DNA of 64,000 nucleotides from Candidatus Lachnoclostridium stercorigallinarum (lineage in GTDB: Bacteria; Bacillota; Clostridia; Lachnospirales; Lachnospiraceae). The position numbers were made by a program, and so were the translations under genes. This document shows, in pieces, positions 38,835 to 46,891 of the stretch. The notes under the pieces were generated by a model. That model was not told the DNA's origin, did no database searches, and saw only the letters and a list, made by a program, of their open reading frames with translations. The stretch spans positions 10,953 through 74,952 of the forward strand of contig DXBC01000121.1 in NCBI GenBank assembly GCA_019116745.1. Reading direction: 5' to 3'. Position 1 is the stretch's first letter, and every line of letters begins with the position of its first letter.

Positions 38835-40004
38835 ATGTATAGAAGATTAAATGATGAAAAGTATTACAGAAAGTTTTATTTTCAGGACAGTTTTCACGCT
38901 CAGTGCATGGATGTGGAACCTTTAAGCCTTATCCAGACAGAGCGTTCTGCGGAGGCAGTGAGAGGCATTATCAATGCTCCTGTATTTAAACAGGTGAAAC
39001 ATATTATCGCCAGCGGCTGCGGCGATTCCAATCTGGTAGCTTTTGCAGTTAAGGGGGCCTTTGAACATTATCTGCCTGAGGCGGAATATGAAGCGGTGGA
39101 AGCCATAGAGCTGAGCCGTCACTATGATTATGAAGGGAGAAGCGAGGACACCATCGCTTTCTTCATCAGCTATTCGGGAAAGATTTACCGCACCATAGAG
39201 GCTATGGAGCAGTGCAGGAGGCACGGCATCACCACTGTGGCGGTGACGGACAATCCGGAATCAGCCACCGCAAAGGCTGCGGATATCCTCTGCTATACCA
39301 ATATTCCAAAAGGGGACAACAACGCCGGTCTCCGCACCTATTTTGCCAATGTCCTGACCATGATGACCATGGCGGCCGCTATAGGGGAGGTTCAGCACGG
39401 CGTGGAGAACATTTCCGCTTTCGGGGACGCGGTGAGAATGTACCACAGCGGCTTTTTCGCAAAACTGGCAGAGATCGATGACAGCTGCTTTGCGGCAGCG
39501 ATCCGCTGGATGGATAAGAAATACCTTGAGATTACCGGTGACGGCCCTCAGTTCTGGGCGGGGAAATTTATCCAGGCAAAGGTGGTGGAGCTCTCCGGCG
39601 ACGCCTGCGCCGTCATTGACAGCGAGAATTTCAAACACGTCAACGTGATGATGGAGCCGGGAAATGAAATCGGAGAACTGGTGCTCATCAACACCAATGA
39701 CAGCAATCTTTCCCAGATCGTGGAAACGGTAAAGGTTATGACGGGAAGAGGGAAAAGAGATGTGCTTCTCTTCTGCGATAAAAAACCGGAGGAAATCGGC
39801 TTGGAAGCCGATGTGGTGTACTGTCCCATGCCGGTGCCGGATAAGGAGTACAACTTTCTGGCTCCCCTCTACACCTACCTTCCCGGGGCGATCTTTGCAG
39901 GCTTCCGCCACACGACCATAGGGGAGCCCATGTTCCGCGGAGGCATGGATCCCAGCATCTTCATTCCGACTTACTATTCGCCGGTGGACGTGGTGGACCT
40001 GTGA
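38835..40004 (+). CDS. Double-SIS-domain protein 4
   Basis: SGCGDS, ISYSG, VTDNPES, AGLRTY, KVVE, ENFKH. Confidence 0.87.
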   Translation: MYRRLNDEKYYRKFYFQDSFHAQCMDVEPLSLIQTERSAEAVRGIINAPVFKQVKHIIASGCGDSNLVAFAVKGAFEHYLPEAEYEAVEAIELSRHYDYEGRSEDTIAFFISYSGKIYRTIEAMEQCRRHGITTVAVTDNPESATAKAADILCYTNIPKGDNNAGLRTYFANVLTMMTMAAAIGEVQHGVENISAFGDAVRMYHSGFFAKLAEIDDSCFAAAIRWMDKKYLEITGDGPQFWAGKFIQAKVVELSGDACAVIDSENFKHVNVMMEPGNEIGELVLINTNDSNLSQIVETVKVMTGRGKRDVLLFCDKKPEEIGLEADVVYCPMPVPDKEYNFLAPLYTYLPGAIFAGFRHTTIGEPMFRGGMDPSIFIPTYYSPVDVVDL

Positions 40005-40055
40005 GGGGGAGAGGGGCCTGAACATAAAAACATAATCTTCTTCCTTTTTTAACAG

Positions 40056-40095
40056 AAGTGCTGCGGGATCATGGGTTTGCGATCCGGCAGCACTT
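40056..40095. terminator. Hairpin between the convergent SIS operon and hicB
   Basis: aagtgctgc-gggatc ... gatccg-gcagcactt. Confidence 0.7.
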
Positions 40096-40111
40096 TCGTT
40101 TTCTCTCCAAA

Positions 40112-40537
40112 TCATTCCCGGATTCGCTCCTTCAGCGCCTCCTGGAGAACTTTGGAAAAGTTTAGCCCCCGTTTCAGGGCTTCCTGGTTCAGCCAGACGG
40201 GGATGGTCAGCGTCTTCTTGACAGATTTTTCAAAATGTTCCCTGGCATATGCGTCCACATCCACGGAGACCATGGTGATAAAATAGTCCGGGACAGGCAG
40301 GTCCTCATAAATGTTCTTTAAATATTCTTCCGGGCGGAGAGCCTCTGGTTTGGAAGGGGAGGAAACAGCTTCCTGGAGCTGACGGCAGAGATAGAGGTGG
40401 CCGGCCAGGCAGTCAACCGCCATTTCCATGGCTTCCTCCAGGGTCTCACCGCAGGTGGAAAGATAGTTGAGATCAGGAAAAATAACAGAATAACCGGAAT
40501 CTTCCTTGCAGAAATAAGCAGGATAAACAGATAACAT
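40112..40537 (-). CDS. hicB: HicB-family antitoxin (orphan)
   Basis: YPA.F..E..GYSVIFPDL....TCGETLEEA..MA.D.L; C-terminal VKKTLTIP.WLN..A...GLNFS.VLQEAL DNA-binding domain. Confidence 0.92.
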   Translation of the reverse strand: MLSVYPAYFCKEDSGYSVIFPDLNYLSTCGETLEEAMEMAVDCLAGHLYLCRQLQEAVSSPSKPEALRPEEYLKNIYEDLPVPDYFITMVSVDVDAYAREHFEKSVKKTLTIPVWLNQEALKRGLNFSKVLQEALKERIRE

Positions 40538-40552
40538 GAGAGGTTCCTCCTT

Positions 40553-40590
40553 TCAGGGCGGGGTTATTTGCATAGACAGTTCTTCCTCCT
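40553..40590 (-). pseudogene. Probable remnant of a deleted hicA toxin gene
   Basis: Strong RBS aaggagg + ATG (40573) opening only MQITPP*, immediately before hicB's own aaggagg RBS. Confidence 0.55.
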
Positions 40591-40600
40591 TCATAATACT

Positions 40601-40646
40601 ATTAACACACGTGCCATGTTAATACGTATCAAAATAATACGTATAA
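40601..40646. promoter_or_regulatory. Candidate HicB operator array
   Basis: Palindromes CACGTG (40608-13), ATACGTAT (40622-29), ATACGTAT (40637-44); ACGT cores exactly 15 bp apart. Confidence 0.6.
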
Positions 40647-40862
40647 TTTACGCCGATAAAAACTTTTTCCTTTCACAGCTTTGGAAAGAATGAATTGAAA
40701 AAAGAATCACAGAATTTGGAAATGAAAAATGAAAATACAGATTTGCATCAGCAGGCCGCCATCCGGCGGCCTGCCGCATCTCAGAAAATTCGAAAATTTT
40801 GCGCCGCGCCCGCGCTTTCGCCATACTGCGCGCCGGCGCCTTCACAATGCAGTGCCCGCCTC

Positions 40863-41327
40863 CTACAGCGTCCGCGCCCGCTCGGCGATGTTCTGGTGGA
40901 AGTTGATGATATTGTGCTCGTACTCCTGATCCATAAATTTGGAAGTGATCATAAAGTCCGCCGTGGCCTTGTTGTTGGCGATGGGGATGTCGTAGACCTG
41001 GGCGATGCGCAGCAGGGCCTTCACATCCGGGTCGTGGGGCTGGGCGGTGAGGGGATCGGAGAAGAAGATCACAAAGTCGATCCGTCCTTCTACGATCTTG
41101 GCGCCGATCTGCTGGTCACCGCCTAAGGGGCCGCTGTTGTAGCCCTTTACCGGCAGGCCGGTGGCTTCCGTGATCATGCGGGCCGTGGTCCCGGTGCCGC
41201 AGAGAAAATGATGTTTTAAAATTTCCTTGTGTTCCTCGCACCAGTTGATGATCTCGTGCTTTTTGCTGTCATGGGCAATGAGCGCGATGTTTTTTTGCTT
41301 CCCAATAGTCATTGTCAGATAATCCAT
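40863..41327 (-). CDS. mgsA: Methylglyoxal synthase
   Basis: IALIAHD..K, GTGTT, SGPLGGDQQIG, DPL..QPHDPDVKALLR. Confidence 0.96.
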   Translation of the reverse strand: MDYLTMTIGKQKNIALIAHDSKKHEIINWCEEHKEILKHHFLCGTGTTARMITEATGLPVKGYNSGPLGGDQQIGAKIVEGRIDFVIFFSDPLTAQPHDPDVKALLRIAQVYDIPIANNKATADFMITSKFMDQEYEHNIINFHQNIAERARTL

Positions 41328-41492
41328 ATATATAACCTCCTTTTGAGCGCGTATTTTGCGTTTGGTATCTTCAATTTTGATTTTGACACAGAAGAACGGG
41401 AGCTGTCAAGCAAAGTGCGGTAAAAATCTGGAAATACTAAGAACAATGTAAGAAAATCCCGCTGGAAAACGGTGTAAAAACGGGAGGGATTG

Positions 41493-41501
41493 TGCTATAA
41501 T
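41493..41501 (+). promoter_or_regulatory. Extended -10 promoter for the wzt operon
   Basis: TG-C-TATAAT about 30 bp upstream of the wzt ATG. Confidence 0.6.
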
Positions 41502-41530
41502 ATGACAAACTATGCTTTTTGGAGGAAACC

Positions 41531-42874
41531 ATGCCTGGAGAATATGCAATCGACGTCCGGGATGTGACGAAAATATATAAGCTTTACGACAAGCCCATCG
41601 ACCGGCTGAAGGAGTCCTTAAATCCCTTTCACAGAAATTATCACAGGGATTTTTATGCCCTCAATCACATTTCCTTTCAGGTGAAAAAGGGAGAGACGGT
41701 GGGCATCATCGGAACTAACGGGTCCGGCAAATCCACTATTTTAAAAATTATTACGGGAGTGCTCACCCCCACCACGGGAACGGCAGAGGTGGACGGAGTG
41801 ATTTCTGCCCTTCTGGAGCTGGGAGCCGGCTTCAATATGGACTATACGGGAATTGAAAATATTTACATGAACGGCACCATGATGGGGTTTTCCAGAAAAG
41901 AGATGGATGAGAAGCTCCAGGATATTCTGGATTTTGCCGATATCGGCGACTTTGTGTACCAGCCGGTGAAAACCTATTCCAGCGGTATGTTTGTCCGCTT
42001 GGCTTTCGCCCTGGCCATCAACGTGGATCCGGAGATTCTGATCGTGGATGAGGCCCTGTCTGTGGGAGATGTATTTTTCCAGGCCAAATGCTACCGCCGG
42101 ATGGAAGAGATCCGAAAGAGCGGCACCACAATTCTCATGGTGACCCATGACATGGGGAGCATCATCAAATACTGCGACAAGGTGGTTCTGCTGAATAAGG
42201 GAGAATTTGTGGCGGAAGGCGCTCCCGGCCGCATGGTGGACATGTATAAGAAGATCCTGGCGGGTCAGATGGACTCCCTGAAGGAGGAGCTGGAGGAGAT
42301 GAATGATTTCTCCGGCGACAGCGTTTCCGGCGGCGGTCTGGAGGACAAGACCTTTAAAAAGGAAGAAACCCACGGCGGCGGCCTGATGAAGGACAGGATC
42401 GCGGTGAACGCCAACCGGACGGAGTACGGAGACGGTCGGGCGGAGATTTTTGACTTTGGCCTGGAGGATCAGCGGGGGAATCTGTCCAATCTGATTTTAA
42501 AAGGAGAGATGTTTACCATCCGGGAGAAAATCCGGTTTTACGCCGACATCAAGGCGCCGATCTTCACCTACACCATAAAGGATAAAAAGGGCACCAGCCT
42601 CACCGGCACCAACACCATGTATGAGGGGGCCGACATCAAACCGGTGAAAAACGGGGACATGTACGAGGTGTCCTTCACCCAGAAAATGACCCTTCAGGGC
42701 GGGGAATACCTGCTTTCCATGAGCTGCACCGGCTTTGAGGGGGAGGAACACGTGGTGTACCACCGTCTCTACGACGTGGCCAGCATCACGGTGATTTCCA
42801 ATAAAAACACTGTGGGCGTCTACGATATGGAGTCCACGGTGGAAGCGAAACTGACGAAAGGCGGGGAAGGGTAA
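41531..42874 (+). CDS. wzt: Polysaccharide ABC exporter ATPase with C-terminal carbohydrate-binding domain (Wzt/RgpD)
   Basis: GTNGSGKST, LLELGAGF, YSSGMFVRLAF, VDEALSVGD; about 150 aa beta-rich C-terminal extension; ATG behind ggagg. Confidence 0.93.
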   Translation: MPGEYAIDVRDVTKIYKLYDKPIDRLKESLNPFHRNYHRDFYALNHISFQVKKGETVGIIGTNGSGKSTILKIITGVLTPTTGTAEVDGVISALLELGAGFNMDYTGIENIYMNGTMMGFSRKEMDEKLQDILDFADIGDFVYQPVKTYSSGMFVRLAFALAINVDPEILIVDEALSVGDVFFQAKCYRRMEEIRKSGTTILMVTHDMGSIIKYCDKVVLLNKGEFVAEGAPGRMVDMYKKILAGQMDSLKEELEEMNDFSGDSVSGGGLEDKTFKKEETHGGGLMKDRIAVNANRTEYGDGRAEIFDFGLEDQRGNLSNLILKGEMFTIREKIRFYADIKAPIFTYTIKDKKGTSLTGTNTMYEGADIKPVKNGDMYEVSFTQKMTLQGGEYLLSMSCTGFEGEEHVVYHRLYDVASITVISNKNTVGVYDMESTVEAKLTKGGEG

Positions 42875-43741
42875 ATGGGACAGACGGCAGAGAAGCTGCT
42901 GGAGCTTTTGGAGCAGTACGGCGGCGATGAAAAACAGATTTTGCGGGAGAACCGGGAGCTGGAGTATTTCTATGCCCTTTCGGATATGAGGGAGAATCTG
43001 CTGGAGTGGTATCCCTTTGGAACGGAAGATAACCTTCTCCAGATCGGTTCCGGCTGCGGAGCCATGACCGGGCTTTTTGGGGCCCGGGTGAAGACGGTGA
43101 CGGTGCTGGATGGGGATGAGACAGACCTGGCAGTGAATCGGAAGCGCCACGGCGCCTGTGACAATATAAATTATGTAAACTGTACTCTAAAGGAGTACGC
43201 GGCGAAGGCCGCTGGGGAGGCTCCGGCGGCTGCCTCGAAACATTCTTCCGGGGAGGCTCCGGCGGCTGTTTCGGAACATTTTTCCGGCGCGGCTTCAGCC
43301 GCAGCTCCCTGCAGCGATTTCCAGTACGACTGCGTGACCCTGGTGGACGGTCTGGGAGAGGATCCGGAGGAGACCATCACCCTTGCCAAAATGTTTGTGA
43401 AGCCCGGCGGCGTCCTTCTTCTGGCAGCGGACAATCCCCTGGGATTAAAGCACTGGGCCGGGGCGCCGAAGGAGCCGGGAGCCATGGGAAGGGAAAGGCT
43501 TGCGGCCCTTCTTCCCGGAGCGGAGTGCTATTATCCCCTGCCGGACTACCGGGCGGCGTCGGAGATCTACTCCGACAGAAGGCTGCCGGCGAAGGGGGAT
43601 CTGACGGGAATGGTGATTTCCTACGACTATCCTGAGTTCCTGCGCACGGACGTGGGAGCGTCCTGGGACACCATCTGCCAGGAAGGCAGCTTCCGGGAAT
43701 TTGCCAATTCATACCTGATGGTTTGGAGGAGACATGGCTGA
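42875..43741 (+). CDS. Class I SAM-dependent methyltransferase-like protein
   Basis: RENLLEWY, LLQIGSGCGA.T (motif I), KPGGVLLLA.DN.LG.K.WAG, YYPLPDY, FANSY. Confidence 0.8.
   Translation: MGQTAEKLLELLEQYGGDEKQILRENRELEYFYALSDMRENLLEWYPFGTEDNLLQIGSGCGAMTGLFGARVKTVTVLDGDETDLAVNRKRHGACDNINYVNCTLKEYAAKAAGEAPAAASKHSSGEAPAAVSEHFSGAASAAAPCSDFQYDCVTLVDGLGEDPEETITLAKMFVKPGGVLLLAADNPLGLKHWAGAPKEPGAMGRERLAALLPGAECYYPLPDYRAASEIYSDRRLPAKGDLTGMVISYDYPEFLRTDVGASWDTICQEGSFREFANSYLMVWRRHG
43214..43302 (+). repeat. In-frame 36 bp tandem repeat inside the methyltransferase
   Basis: ggggaggctccggcggctg...cat(t)..tcc at 43214-43249 and 43250-43285 plus a degenerate third copy (GEAPAAASKHSS/GEAPAAVSEHFS). Confidence 0.88.
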
Positions 43742-46700
43742 CGTAATTTATATCAAATACAATCGGACGAGAAAAGAAGAATTTCAGATAAAAACGGAGA
43801 TTCTGGAGGAGGACGGGACCAAATGGGTGGAAAAATCTGCCCTCACGGAGGCGGGAAAGGCCCACATCCGCTCCTTCCAGGACAAATATGAGGCCTTAAA
43901 AAAGCAGCACGTGAACATTCAGGCGGCAGAGCCTGAGATTTTAGAGGACGGAAAGACGGCCCGGTTCGCTTACCTTACAGGGAAGACCCTGGCGGAGGTG
44001 CTGGGGGAGAACATTGCCAGCGGCCAGGCACCGGTGGAGGCCATCCGGGAGGTGCTGGGAAAGATCTGCGAGGTGTATCCGGAGTATCTGTCTCCCTTTG
44101 CCATCACGGACCGCCTGACGGAGGTGTTCGGCCCGGTGCCGAAGTTTCGCGATCAGGCCATGGCCGTGTCCAACATTGACGCCCTGCTGGAAAACATTCT
44201 GGTGACGGAAAAGGGCTGGTATTTCCTGGACTACGAATGGGTATACGATTTCCCCGTGCCCCTGGGCTTTGTAAAATACCGGATTCTGTTCTATTTCTAC
44301 CGGAAGTATGCCAGCCTGATGGAGTATGCCGGCCCGGAGGAATTTTTAAAGGAATTCGGCATGGACGAGGAGCTTTCAGAGGCCTACGGCGACATGGAGA
44401 CGGCCTTTCAGAGCTATGTCCACGGGGACAATCAGGCTCTCTACCTGTTAAACTACCGGAAGGACTACCGGCCGGTGGAGCAGCTGGAGGAGGAGCATGT
44501 GGAGCTTCTGGAGGCGAGAAAACGGCTCTGCCATTTAAACGATGTGGAGTTTGAGCTGGGAAATGTCACCACGGAACTGAAGAAGTTAAAAGAGGTTCAC
44601 CGTCTGACGGAAAACCATGTGGGCAACCTGGACGTGATCATCGCGGACCTGCGCCGGGAAAACGGGGTGATGGCCCAGACCATCGCCGTGCTCAACAGCC
44701 ACATTTCCGTGCCCTACAGGATTCGCAGGAAGCTGGGGGCCATTTTCAATAAGAAGTTCCCCAAGGGAACCAGAAAGAGAAAGATTTTAAGCTACTGCAA
44801 GAATACGGTATTTCATCCGGTGAAATACATGAAGCTCTACACCTCCGAGGATGGGCGAAACCGGATCCACGGAGATTTTGAAATCGGCGAGGAGTACTTT
44901 GTCCACGGCATGGTTCATCTGCCGAAGGAGGACCATCCCCTGGTATCCATTGTGATTCCGGTGTACAACCAGATTCACTATACCTACGCCTGCCTGCAGT
45001 CCATCGCGGAGCACACAAAGGACGTGCCCTACGAGGTGATTATCGCCGACGACGTCTCCACCGACGCCACCAGGGAGCTGTCCCGGTACGTGGAGAATGC
45101 GGTGATCCGCAGAAATACGGTAAACCAGGGATTTTTGGGCAACTGCAATCAGGCGGCGGAAGCGGCCAGGGGAAAATACATCCTGTTTTTAAACAACGAC
45201 ACCCAGGTGACGGAGAACTGGCTCTCCTCCCTGGTGAACCTGATCGAGTCGGATAAGACCATCGGCATGGTGGGATCCAAGCTGGTGTACCCGGACGGAC
45301 GGCTTCAGGAGGCCGGCGGAATCATCTGGAGCGACGGCTCCGGCTGGAACTACGGCCGCATGGACGATCCGGACAAGCCGGAGTACAACTATGTGAAGGA
45401 CGTGGACTACATTTCCGGTGCCTCCATTATGCTGCCGGTGTGGCTGTGGAAACAGATCGGCGGCTTTGACAAGCGGTACGCCCCGGCCTACTGTGAGGAC
45501 GCGGACCTGGCCTTCGAGGTGAGGAAGGCGGGCTACCGGGTGGTGTACCAGCCCTTATCCAAAGTCATCCACTTTGAGGGCGTTTCCAACGGCACCGACG
45601 TCAACGGCACCGGCCTGAAGCGCTACCAGGTGGAAAACAGCAGAAAGCTGAGAGAAAAATGGGCGGAAGAGTTTAAAAACCAGTATGAGAACACCGGCAA
45701 CCCCGACCCCTTCCGGGCCAGAGAGCGCAGCCGGGGCAAGGAGATCATCCTGGTGGTGGATCATTACGTTCCCACCTTCGATAAGGACGCCGGTTCCAAA
45801 TGTACCTACCAGTACATGAAGATGTTTGTGGAAAAGGGATTTGTGGTGAAATTCCTGGGGGACAACTACGCCCATGAGGAGCCTTACACCACAGCCCTGG
45901 AACAGATGGGCATTGAGGTCCTCTACGGGGAAAGCTACCGCACCGGCATCTGGGACTGGCTGGAAAAGCATGGAAAGGACATTGCCTTTGCCTACTTAAA
46001 CCGCCCCCATATTGCGGTGAAATATATTGACTTTATCAAAGAGCACACGGATATCAAGGTGCTGTATTTCGGCCACGACCTCCATTTCCTTCGGGAGACG
46101 AGAGAGTACGAGATCACCGGAGACGAGGAGATCAAAAAATCTGCGGATTACTGGCGTTCCGTGGAGCTGTCCCTGATGAAAAAGGTGGATATGGCCTACT
46201 ATCCCTCCTACGTGGAGCGTGACCTGATCCATGACATCAGCCCGAAGATCCATGTAAAGGACATTCCCCTCTACGTCTATGAGAGCTTCAAGGAAGATCT
46301 GGACGAGAAATTTGAGGAGAAGGAAGGCCTGCTGTTTGTGGGCGGCTTCGGCCATCCGCCAAACGGAGACGCGGTGATCTGGTTTGTACAGGAGATCTTC
46401 CCGAAGATCCGGGAGAGCCTGAAGGTGAATTTCTACATTGTGGGCTCGAAGGTGACGGATGAGATCAGGGCTCTGGAGCAGCCTGGAAACGGCGTGGTGG
46501 TCAAGGGCTTTGTCAGCGACGAGGAGCTGGAGGAGCTTTACCGGAAATGCCGGATCGTGGTGGTTCCCCTTCGCTACGGCGCGGGAATCAAGGGAAAAGT
46601 GCTGGAAGCCATGTACAACGGCGCCGTGGTGGTCACCACCTCCATCGGAGCCGAGGGCATCAAGGATTCGGAGAAAGCGCTCACAGTCCGGGACGAGGCG

Positions 46701-46844
46701 GAAAATTTCGCCCGGGCAGTGATGGACCTCTACGGAGATCCGGACCGGTGCCGCCTGATTTCCGGCGCCACCCAGGTGTATATGAAAGAGCATTTCAGCC
46801 TGGACGCAGTCTGGAACTGCGTGAAGGACGACTTTAAGAGATAG
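43734..46844 (+). CDS. Multidomain glycosyltransferase: kinase-like domain, coiled coil, GT2, GT4-like (GT-B)
   Basis: SNIDALLENIL...LDYEW; heptad-rich segment; VSIVIPVYN, ADDVSTD, FLNND, YCEDAD; FVGGFGHPPN, PLRYGAGIKGKVLEAM. Confidence 0.88.
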   Translation: MADVIYIKYNRTRKEEFQIKTEILEEDGTKWVEKSALTEAGKAHIRSFQDKYEALKKQHVNIQAAEPEILEDGKTARFAYLTGKTLAEVLGENIASGQAPVEAIREVLGKICEVYPEYLSPFAITDRLTEVFGPVPKFRDQAMAVSNIDALLENILVTEKGWYFLDYEWVYDFPVPLGFVKYRILFYFYRKYASLMEYAGPEEFLKEFGMDEELSEAYGDMETAFQSYVHGDNQALYLLNYRKDYRPVEQLEEEHVELLEARKRLCHLNDVEFELGNVTTELKKLKEVHRLTENHVGNLDVIIADLRRENGVMAQTIAVLNSHISVPYRIRRKLGAIFNKKFPKGTRKRKILSYCKNTVFHPVKYMKLYTSEDGRNRIHGDFEIGEEYFVHGMVHLPKEDHPLVSIVIPVYNQIHYTYACLQSIAEHTKDVPYEVIIADDVSTDATRELSRYVENAVIRRNTVNQGFLGNCNQAAEAARGKYILFLNNDTQVTENWLSSLVNLIESDKTIGMVGSKLVYPDGRLQEAGGIIWSDGSGWNYGRMDDPDKPEYNYVKDVDYISGASIMLPVWLWKQIGGFDKRYAPAYCEDADLAFEVRKAGYRVVYQPLSKVIHFEGVSNGTDVNGTGLKRYQVENSRKLREKWAEEFKNQYENTGNPDPFRARERSRGKEIILVVDHYVPTFDKDAGSKCTYQYMKMFVEKGFVVKFLGDNYAHEEPYTTALEQMGIEVLYGESYRTGIWDWLEKHGKDIAFAYLNRPHIAVKYIDFIKEHTDIKVLYFGHDLHFLRETREYEITGDEEIKKSADYWRSVELSLMKKVDMAYYPSYVERDLIHDISPKIHVKDIPLYVYESFKEDLDEKFEEKEGLLFVGGFGHPPNGDAVIWFVQEIFPKIRESLKVNFYIVGSKVTDEIRALEQPGNGVVVKGFVSDEELEELYRKCRIVVVPLRYGAGIKGKVLEAMYNGAVVVTTSIGAEGIKDSEKALTVRDEAENFARAVMDLYGDPDRCRLISGATQVYMKEHFSLDAVWNCVKDDFKR

Positions 46845-46891
46845 AACAGGCCGCGGCGTGAGAAAGGCGGCGAAAAGGAGATGGATCAAAG

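Noticed and set aside
30437-40004. Calling the SIS genes glmS (given nearby glmM)
   Set aside because: No N-terminal Cys glutaminase domain and no LAKSVTVE tail; the context is catabolic
22150-40860. Target-site duplication or att sites bounding the putative island (cgcgccggc near 22172 and near 40829)
   Set aside because: A 9 bp GC-only match is expected by chance here; no integrase, transposase or tRNA is adjacent
40863-41327. mgsA as part of the putative deglycation operon (methylglyoxal is a glycating agent)
   Set aside because: Opposite strand, separated by hairpins and hicB, and a common housekeeping gene; adjacency alone is not evidence
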